Source: Armatimonadota bacterium (GTDB lineage Bacteria > Sysuimicrobiota > Sysuimicrobiia > Sysuimicrobiales > Humicultoraceae). Taken from it: 64,000 nt of DNA. Within the stretch, counting starts at the first letter, position 1; each line of letters starts with the position of its first letter. The stretch spans positions 57,268 through 121,267 of the forward strand of contig JBBIOM010000002.1 in NCBI GenBank assembly GCA_037443365.1, given 5' to 3'. The notes below the pieces were generated by a model. It searched no databases, was not told the origin of the DNA, and was given only the letters and a program-made list of their open reading frames with translations. Made by a program: the position numbers and the translations under genes. Positions 9,604 through 17,600 of the stretch are shown piece by piece.

Positions 9604-10148
9604 CGTGGTGCCTCCGCCTCCAGTACCCTGTACATGTCGAGAATCTCGCCTGCTCTATTCAGGCCCACCGTTCCGTGCACATTCTGATTGACCACAATGG
9701 CCGGCGCCAGGCTGCAGCACCCGATGCACGCAACGGTCTGCAAGCTAAACATCCCATCGGGGGTGCTCTCGTCCTCCGAGATGTTCAGCTCCTTCCTCAT
9801 GGCGCTCAAGATCGCGGCGGATCCGGCGACGTGGCACGCGGTGCCGCGGCACACGTGAATCGCGTAGCGCGCTGGCGCGGTGAAGCGGAACTGGTTGTAG
9901 AAGGTGGCCACGCCATACATGCGTGCCAGAGGAACACCCAACTCGCGGGCAGCGTACCGCACGGCTCGCTCGGGAAGGAAACCGTAGCGCTCTTGAAGCG
10001 CCTGCAGCACGGAGACAACGGAATCACTGCGACCCCGATACGGATCAAGGAGAGAAAGCAGGTCTGGTGCGGGCGGCTCGGAGAGCGGGTCGCCCAGGTA
10101 TACCGTCTTGCGCGGCCGTCCAGCGGTGGTCGAAGGGGCAGTCGGCAC
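9600..10148 (-). CDS. NuoE/FdsG/HydC-like 2Fe-2S subunit
   Basis: CRGTACHVAGS ... VACIGCCSLAPA motifs. The stop overlaps the NuoF-like start (ATGA). Confidence 0.85.
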   Translation of the reverse strand: MPTAPSTTAGRPRKTVYLGDPLSEPPAPDLLSLLDPYRGRSDSVVSVLQALQERYGFLPERAVRYAARELGVPLARMYGVATFYNQFRFTAPARYAIHVCRGTACHVAGSAAILSAMRKELNISEDESTPDGMFSLQTVACIGCCSLAPAIVVNQNVHGTVGLNRAGEILDMYRVLEAEAPR

Positions 10149-10149
10149 G

Positions 10150-11073
10150 TCAGGCCCTCCCCGCCGCCCGGACTACGTTACGCATCAACAGGATGTTGGT
10201 GACCGACCCGACCCCTCCGGGCACCGGGGTAATGGCGCCGGCAACCTGGCAGACCTCATCGAATGCCACGTCGCCCACGGTCTTGCGCTTCGGACGACCG
10301 CGTTCATCCAGCACCGGCTGGCCCGCCGAGTCGAGCACCGGCTTCATGTTGATCCCCACGTCCACGACGATCGCGCCAGGCTTGACCATCTCGGCGGTGA
10401 TGAACTCGGCCTTCCCCATTGCGACGATCAGGATGTCGGCCCTGCGCGTGTGCGCGGGCAGGGTGCCGGCCCTGAACGTGAACGAGTGCACGGTGGTGGC
10501 CGTCGCGTTCCTCTCCAGCGCCAGGAAGTAGGCGGGCTTGCCCACGATGTTGCTGCGTCCCACGATGACCAGATCCTTACCCTCGAACGCGGCCTTCGGA
10601 TCCATGCCTTCGCGGGCGAAGAACCGTTCCAGCAGCACGTAGCATGCCCACGGGGTCGCCGGGTACACCGTGGGCTGCCCCAGGGCAAGCCGGCCGGCGT
10701 TGACCGCGTGGAGGCAGTCGATGTCCTTGGCAGGGTCTATCGCTTCGAGAACGGGCGCCTCGGGCATCCCCTTGGGGAAGGGCCGTAGCGGGAGAATACC
10801 GTGCACCCCCGCGTCCTGGTTGAGCGAGTGCATGCCGCCGATCACGTCGGCGAGCGTGGACTCGGCAGGGAGCGAGACGTCCCTGTAGGCGAGCCCTATC
10901 TCGGCCGCCACGCGCTCAACCTGGCGCCGGTACATCTTGGCGCCGTAGTCGTCTCCGATCAGAAGCGTGGCCACGCCTGGCGTGCGCCCCGCTTCTCGCA
11001 TCCTCGCGATCTCGGCCGCGACTTCGGACTTGATCTCCTCGGCAATGACGTTCCCGTCAATGATCTTAGCCAT
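10150..11073 (-). CDS. folD: Bifunctional methylene-THF dehydrogenase / methenyl-THF cyclohydrolase
   Basis: MAKIIDGNVIAEEIK..., VIVGRSNIVGKP and TPVPGGVGSVT motifs. Confidence 0.9.
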   Translation of the reverse strand: MAKIIDGNVIAEEIKSEVAAEIARMREAGRTPGVATLLIGDDYGAKMYRRQVERVAAEIGLAYRDVSLPAESTLADVIGGMHSLNQDAGVHGILPLRPFPKGMPEAPVLEAIDPAKDIDCLHAVNAGRLALGQPTVYPATPWACYVLLERFFAREGMDPKAAFEGKDLVIVGRSNIVGKPAYFLALERNATATTVHSFTFRAGTLPAHTRRADILIVAMGKAEFITAEMVKPGAIVVDVGINMKPVLDSAGQPVLDERGRPKRKTVGDVAFDEVCQVAGAITPVPGGVGSVTNILLMRNVVRAAGRA

Positions 11074-11079
11074 CCGCGC

Positions 11080-11706
11080 TCACCCGAGCCTCTCATAGGT
11101 GATCTTCACGACCTCGTCGCGCACCGCACGTATGTCCGCAAGGGTGGCCTGAATCCCGGCCCACAGCGGTTCGGTGAACGCGGGATCACCGATCGGTCCA
11201 AGGTTGATCTTGACGTTGAGGGCGGCGCTCTGAGCGGCCGAGTCGGCCAGCAGAGCCGCGATTGCGGCGTCGGTTATCACCTGGGGGTTGCCCTTCTCGG
11301 TCGTCACCTTGCTCCAGCGGGCGACCTCTTCGCACAGGCGGATCACCCCGGCCGGGACCTCGGACGCCTCGCGGAGGGCCTGCTGGATCGCCGCCTTGCG
11401 GGCGGCCTTCTGTTCATCGGTGTCGCGGGGGTGCTTGTAGGCATCCATCACGCGCCGGAACGACTCGGCGTCCCTGTCAATGGCCGCGAGGAACTCGGCG
11501 CGCAGCGCTTCGGCCCTGTCCCTGGCCTGCTCCATCTCGGCCTGGACCGCCGCGTACTTCTCGCGGCCCACCGTAAGGTTGGCCACCATGCTGACCAGGG
11601 CAGCCCCGGTAGCGCCTGTCAGGGCCGCGGCGGCTCCACCTCCTGGCTCTGGGGCTGCCGACGCCAGCTTGGCTAGGAACTCATCAATTGGCTTCTCCGG
11701 GTACAT
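11080..11706 (-). CDS. fchA: Methenyl-THF cyclohydrolase / cyclodeaminase-family protein
   Basis: FLAKLASAAPEPGGGAAAALTGATGAALVSMVANLT is typical of the formiminotransferase-cyclodeaminase C-terminal domain family. Confidence 0.75.
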   Translation of the reverse strand: MYPEKPIDEFLAKLASAAPEPGGGAAAALTGATGAALVSMVANLTVGREKYAAVQAEMEQARDRAEALRAEFLAAIDRDAESFRRVMDAYKHPRDTDEQKAARKAAIQQALREASEVPAGVIRLCEEVARWSKVTTEKGNPQVITDAAIAALLADSAAQSAALNVKINLGPIGDPAFTEPLWAGIQATLADIRAVRDEVVKITYERLG

Positions 11707-11722
11707 GGCTACCTCCCTGTTG

Positions 11723-13087
11723 TCAGATCTTGCCCGCAGAGCTGGTCAGCCCCCGCATCTGAAGCAGCGGGCGCGGATCGGTGATCAGCCCCCCGAGGCC
11801 TGCGGCCTTCTCCTGGAGACCGAACGCGATCGCCATCAATTGCGTGAAGTAGAACGCCGGCATGGGCGGAAGCCCGGCCGCGCGTGCCGCCTCCTCCTGC
11901 CTGGCGTCGAGGTTGTTGTGGCACAGCGGGCAGGCCACCGCGAGCGCCTCGGCGCCGGCCGCCTGAGCGTCGCGCAGGATGCGGCCGGTCAACTCGACCA
12001 CGAGGTCCGGGCGCACTACCGCGTGGCCGGCCCCGCAGCACTCGGTCTTGTGCGACCAGGCCACCGGAACCCCGCCCAGCGCCGAGATCAACCTGTCCAT
12101 CTCCATCGGATTTTCGGGCCGCGCCGCACCCGTGACCGCGGGCGGCCGCGTGAGCAGGCAGCCGTAGTAGCAGGCCACCCGGAGCCCGCGCAGCGGGTTA
12201 CGCGCCTGCGCGCGGATTCCCTCGAGCCCGCCTTCGAGCAGCGTGTGCAGGATGTGCTGTACGCGCAGCCCTTCGGGCGACCGGTCAGGAGCGTCCACCT
12301 GCGCGTGACGCAGGCGGGAGAAGCAGGCGGCGCAGGGCGCCGTCACCGCGGTGTGCCCCGCCCGCGCCGCCAGGCTCAGGTTGGCCAGCGGCAGTTCCAG
12401 CGCGAGATCCGCGGAGGTCTGGTGTGCCGCCGTCGCCCCGCAGCACCGCCACGCTTCGATCTCACGCAGCCGCACCCCGAGGGCCGCGGCCACGCCGCGC
12501 GTCGAGGCATCGTATTCCCTGGCGCTGGCGTGCAGCGCGCAGCCGGGGTAGTAGGCGATCTCGCCCGGCTCCGCCCGCCGGCCCGAACGGCGGTTCGGGA
12601 GGCCGGGGATCAGCCGCAGCTTGCCGGCGCGGAACAGCCTGAGCGCGAACCTGCTCTGGCGGAGCGGCTGGCGCATCCGCATGTTCACCTCCAGGCCTAC
12701 CCCCGCCTCGAAGAGGCGCCCGAAGAGACGGATGCTGCGGATCGCCGCCTGCGTGAAGACCGGCGCCTCGGGCACGCGCGCCGGGATGCGCCGCGATGAA
12801 GCCACGATCCTGAGCGCGTCCATGACGCGGGCCACGTCGATCCCCTGGGGGCAGCGAGCCGTACAGGCCTGGCAGGAGGCGCACAGCCAGAAGGTGTTGC
12901 CCCGCAGCAGCCGATCGTCGAAGCCGAGCTGCAGGGCGCGCATGGCGGCATGAGGCGCCAGATCCATCTCGGCGGCCAGCGGGCATCCGCTCGTGCACAC
13001 CTTGCACTGGAAGCACAGTGCGGGGTCCTGGCCGCTCTCCTGCGCGACCTCCCGTGCCAGCATCGCGCGCGTCGCTGTCTGTTCCAT
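11723..13087 (-). CDS. Fused HdrC-HdrB-like subunit (module 1)
   Basis: The N-terminal half carries CFQCKVCTSGCP and CASCQACTARCPQGIDV (HdrC-like). The C-terminal half carries IAYYPGCAL...WRCCGAT and ACYYGC...TECCGAG...CPLCH (HdrB CCG domains). The start is at internal Met79 (MEQTATR) of ORF 11723..13321 and overlaps the mvhD stop (TGATG). Confidence 0.8.
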   Translation of the reverse strand: MEQTATRAMLAREVAQESGQDPALCFQCKVCTSGCPLAAEMDLAPHAAMRALQLGFDDRLLRGNTFWLCASCQACTARCPQGIDVARVMDALRIVASSRRIPARVPEAPVFTQAAIRSIRLFGRLFEAGVGLEVNMRMRQPLRQSRFALRLFRAGKLRLIPGLPNRRSGRRAEPGEIAYYPGCALHASAREYDASTRGVAAALGVRLREIEAWRCCGATAAHQTSADLALELPLANLSLAARAGHTAVTAPCAACFSRLRHAQVDAPDRSPEGLRVQHILHTLLEGGLEGIRAQARNPLRGLRVACYYGCLLTRPPAVTGAARPENPMEMDRLISALGGVPVAWSHKTECCGAGHAVVRPDLVVELTGRILRDAQAAGAEALAVACPLCHNNLDARQEEAARAAGLPPMPAFYFTQLMAIAFGLQEKAAGLGGLITDPRPLLQMRGLTSSAGKI

Positions 13088-13557
13088 CACGGGGCATCTC
13101 CGATCTTCGCCCGCCGAAGCGGCGTCGGTCCCAACGCCGTGATGCGCTCGGTCATCTCCCGGGCTATCTCGGCGAACCGCGGGCCCTGGGCCGACGACAG
13201 GTTGAACATCTCCAGGCGCGCCCCCCCGATGCCGGCCTCGTCGAGACGCTCCTTGAGGTACCGCACACGCGCCTTGGCATGGTAGTTGCCGGCCTGGTAG
13301 TGGCACTGCCCCTCCAGGCACCCGGCCACGAACACCCCGTCCGCTCCTGCCTCGAAGGCGCGCAGGATGTAGATCGCGTCAATCCCGCCGGTGCAGGGCA
13401 GCAGCACGACCTTCACATTGGGCGGATACGGCAGGCGCATCACGCCTGCAAGGTCTGCCGCCGCGTAGGCGCAGTAGAAGCAGCAGAAGGCCACTATCTC
13501 AACCGAGGCCTTGGACGCCTCCGATTGCGCTGGGGCCACGGTAAGGTCAGCCGACAC
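13087..13557 (-). CDS. mvhD: MvhD-like (methyl-viologen-reducing hydrogenase delta subunit family) 2Fe-2S protein
   Basis: IVAFCCFYCAYAAADLAG...VKVVLLPCTGGID...GADGVFVAGCLEGQCHY. Confidence 0.85.
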   Translation of the reverse strand: MSADLTVAPAQSEASKASVEIVAFCCFYCAYAAADLAGVMRLPYPPNVKVVLLPCTGGIDAIYILRAFEAGADGVFVAGCLEGQCHYQAGNYHAKARVRYLKERLDEAGIGGARLEMFNLSSAQGPRFAEIAREMTERITALGPTPLRRAKIGDAP

Positions 13558-14668
13558 GCGCCCCCTCCATCTCGCCCAGCAGCGCCTCGATCTTGGCGAT
13601 CATCTGATCGCGCGAGTAGTGCCCCAGGCTGAGCGCGCTGCCCGGGCACACAGACACGCAAAGGCCGCATCCCTGGCAGCGTGTGGGTTCGACGACGGCT
13701 ATTCCGTCGCCGTCGAACGATATGGCGTCGTAGGCGCAGACCCGGAGGCATGTCAGGCACGTCGTGCAGCGGTCGCGATCCACCTGGGTGACGACGCCTC
13801 CGACCTCCAGGCTATCACGCCACAGCAGGGTGCTTGCCCTGGCCGCCGATGCCAGGGACTGGGCGATCGCCTCGTCCAGCAACTTGGGGTAGTGCGCGCC
13901 GCCGCAGAGGAACAGGCCTTCGCTGGCGAAGTCCGCCGGGCGCAGCTTGACGTGGGCTTCCAGGAAGAAGCCGTCGGCCGACGCCGGCACCTTGAAGATC
14001 TCCGTCAGGCCGCAGGCGCCTTCTGAGGGCACCTGAGCCGGCGCCACCACCATCAGCCCGGCATCGAGCGTGATCTCCTCGCCGAGCGCCTGGTCCCGCA
14101 GGGTAACGCGGACGGCCTCTGGAGTGCGCGTGACTTGCGGGGGCTCATCCGGCGAGTGGCGGAACACCACGACCCCGGCCTGCCGCGCCTGCGTGAAGAG
14201 CACCTCGGATGTCCCGTAGGTCCGGATCTCGCGCGCGATGACCGTGACCGGGACCTCGGGATGGGCCCGTTTGAACGCCAGCGCGGCGGCCATGGACTGG
14301 GCGCAGCACGTGCGGCTGCAGTAGAAGGGCATGCGGTCCCAGGGGCCCGCGCAGAGCAACATGACCACCGAGGCCGGGACCTCAACGGGCGCCACAACCG
14401 GAGTGAGACGCGCCTCAAACTCTGAGAGCGTTATCACGCGCGCATCCTCGCCGACCCCGTAGGCGGCGGGCTTCCACTCCTGCAGGCCGGTGGCGATGAC
14501 GGTAACCCCGTGCGAGATGGTGTGCTCGCCGTCCGGGCCTGCCACGGTTGTCTCGAAGTTGCCGACCGTGCCGTGGGAGGACCCGATCGTGCAGCCGGTC
14601 AATACGCGCACGCGGGGATGGCTGGTTGCGCGTTCGGCCAGCTCCCTCAGCAACTCCGCGGGCGCGGT
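13547..14668 (-). CDS. C-terminal part of the giant HdrA-type protein (continuation of 14647..18717 after a frame change inside a G10 run)
   Basis: The frame reads TAPAELLRELAERATSHPRVRVL...FYCSRTCC...GLFLCGGAHYP...CTTCLTCLRVCAYDAI...CQGCGLCVSVCP. This is the expected continuation of the Rossmann domain that ends the upstream ORF at ...LGGRLRSPLLAWGGG. Confidence 0.7.
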   Translation of the reverse strand, partial: TAPAELLRELAERATSHPRVRVLTGCTIGSSHGTVGNFETTVAGPDGEHTISHGVTVIATGLQEWKPAAYGVGEDARVITLSEFEARLTPVVAPVEVPASVVMLLCAGPWDRMPFYCSRTCCAQSMAAALAFKRAHPEVPVTVIAREIRTYGTSEVLFTQARQAGVVVFRHSPDEPPQVTRTPEAVRVTLRDQALGEEITLDAGLMVVAPAQVPSEGACGLTEIFKVPASADGFFLEAHVKLRPADFASEGLFLCGGAHYPKLLDEAIAQSLASAARASTLLWRDSLEVGGVVTQVDRDRCTTCLTCLRVCAYDAISFDGDGIAVVEPTRCQGCGLCVSVCPGSALSLGHYSRDQMIAKIEALLGEMEGARVG

Positions 14669-17600
14669 CCCCCCCCCCAGGCCAGAAGCGGTGAACGCAG
14701 CCGGCCGCCAAGCGTCTGCGACCGCTCCACCAGCGTGACCGGGAATCCCTGCTCGGCCAGGTTGAGGCTGGCGGTCAGGCCCGCGACGCCTCCGCCGATG
14801 ACAAGCGCTTCGCGCCGCATCGGCACCAGCACCTTGTGAAGCGGCGACAGGCGCGCGGCGCGAGCGACGGCCGCCGTGATCAGGGCCTGCGCCTTCTCCG
14901 TGGCGCCAGCGGGATCATCGCGGTGAACCCAGCTACACTGATCGCGGATGTTGGCCATCTCGAACAGGTAGGGGTTGAGCCCGGCCTCGCGCAGCGTCTC
15001 GCGGAAGATGGGTTCGTGTGTGCGCGGGGTGCAGCTGGCCACGACCACCCTGTTCAGGTGCGCTTCGGCCACGGCCTCCTTGATGCGTATCAGGGTGTCG
15101 GCCGAGCAGGTGTAGAGGGACGTCTCGGCCAGGACCACGCCCGGCAACGTCTTGGCATGCGCGGCCAGGCCGGCCACGTCCACGACGCCGGCGATGTTCG
15201 ATCCGCAGTGGCACACGAACACCCCTATGCGCGGCTCCGGATCCAACAGCATCTCAGGAGGATAGACCTTGGCTGAGATCTGGGTCCCGCGGGCCGACCC
15301 GATGATGGCCATCGCCGCGGCGGCCGCGCCGCTGCCGTCCGTGACTGAATCTGGAATGTCCCTGGGTCCGCGGAATCCGCCGGCCACGAACACGCCGGGG
15401 CGGCTGGCCTGCATAGGCGCAGAGGGCACCGTGGCGGCGAACCCGTGCTCGTCGAGGGCTATGCGGGCGGCGCAGGCAAGGGCTGCGGCACCCTTGGGCG
15501 GGGTCAGGCCCACGGCCAGCACAACCAGGTCGGCCTGCTCCTCGCGCACTGCGCCGTTCTCCTCGACGCGGAAGTGAAGCGACCGGGTCTGTGCGTCTTC
15601 CCGAAGGGCCGCCACGCGCGTGCGCACGAACCGGATCTGTTCGCGGCTGGCCCGTTCGACGTAGGCGTCGAACCCCTTGCCGAAGGCGCGCATGTCCGCG
15701 TAGTAGACAGTGCATTCGGTGCCCGGAGCGTGCTCGCGGGCGAGTATCGCTTCCTTGGTTGCGTACATGCAGCACACCGAGGAGCAGTACCGGTTCTGCT
15801 GATCGCGCGAGCCCACGCACTGCAGGAACGCTATGCGCTTGGGTTCGGCGCCGTCGGAGGGACGAGCAACGTGTCCCTGCGTCGGCCCCGACGCCGACAG
15901 GAGCCGCTCGAACTGCGGGCCGGTGAGGACGTTCGGGAAGCGGCCCGCGCCGTAGGCGTCGGCAAGCGCGGCGTCGAACGGCTCGATGCCAGGAGCCAGG
16001 ATCACGGCGCCGACATTCAGCGTCTCCTCCCGTTCGGTCTCGGCATGGTTGATCGCCTCACGGCGGCATGCCTGCACGCAGGCCAGGCACTCGGCGCACA
16101 CGCCGCAGGACAGACAGCGCGCAGCCTCAAACCGCGCCTCTTCTTCGGTCAGCCCCTCGTCCACCTCGATGAACGAGGCGCGCCTGACCTCTGCCGGGAG
16201 TTCGTGAACGCCTTGGCGCGGCTGCGGCCGTATCTGACCGCGCGCCAGGCGGTCCTCGACCTCCTCCAGCGTGAGTCTGGCGACCTGGGGTTGCGGGTCG
16301 GCCTGCAGGAACGTTCCGCGCAGGTACGCGTGAATGCCTTGTGCGGCCCGGCGGCCCGCGGCGATGGCGTCCACGATGTAGGCCGTGCCAGTTGCCAGGT
16401 CCCCTCCGGCGAACAAACCGGGGTAGCCCGTGGACTGCGACTCCGCGTCCACCTGCAGCGCCCCCCAGGGCGTGGTTACGAGGCCGGGCAGATCAGAGAA
16501 GATCTCGTTCTGCGGGGCCAGGCCTATCGCGAAGACAATCGTGTCCGCCTCTATCAGGTGCTCGCTACCCTCGATGAGTTCGAGGTGCAGCCGCCGGTTC
16601 TCGTCGAAGTGCATGGAGCGCACCCCCCGGCACTCCATGCCCGCGGCGCGGCCGTCCCGTTCCACGACGCGGACGAACGACGTGGAGGGATACACCCGCA
16701 CGCCCTCTTCTTCGGCCGCTGCCACCTCCCAGGGGTGAGCCGGCATGGCCCCGCGCGCCTCGGGACATGCCAGGAGCACCTCGGCGCCGAGCCGCACGCA
16801 TGTTCGGGCCACATCGATGCCGACGTTGCCGCCTCCCAGCACGAGCACCCGCCGACCCAGAGAGACCGGTTGCCCCAGCCGGGCGTTCTGCAGAACGTCG
16901 GTGCTGACCAGGACGCCCGGCAGATCGGCCCCAGGGATGGGGAGCTTGCGGGCCCGGTGGGTTCCGGTGGCCAGGAAGATCGCGCTGTACCCTTGCGCGA
17001 ATAGCTCGCGCACGTGCGAGACGCGGCTGGAGGTGCGTATCTCGACGCCCAAGGCAGCGATTGCCGCGACCTCGCGCTCAACTATGCTCGCCGGCAACCT
17101 GTGCTCCGGGATGCCGACGCGCATCATGCCTCCCGGAACAGGCAGCGCCTCGTGGACGGTCACGCGGTAGCCCAGCACGGCCAGATCCCGGGCCGCCGTC
17201 AGCCCGGCGGGGCCTGAGCCTACAACCGCCACGCGTTCGGGGTGCGCCGGCTCCACCTGCGCCGGAGGCTCGCCCGGCCGCGCATATGCCCAGTCGGCCA
17301 CGAACCGCTTGAGCGCAGCGATGTTCACGGCCCCGTCAACGAGCGAACGCGAGCAGGCGTCCTCGCACCGGTGGTTGCACACTCGGCCGCAGATCCCGGG
17401 AAACGGGTTCTCCATCTGGATCACGCGGAACGCCTCTTCGTAGCGTCCCTGGGCCACCAGCGCCACGTACCCCTGCGCCCTCTGGTGAATGGGACAGGCG
17501 TCGCGGCAAGGTGCACGCCCCCGCTTGTCAATGGCGTATGCGCCTGGAACGGCCTGGGCATAGGAGCGGTATATGGCACTGCGCGCGGCCAGCCCCGCGT

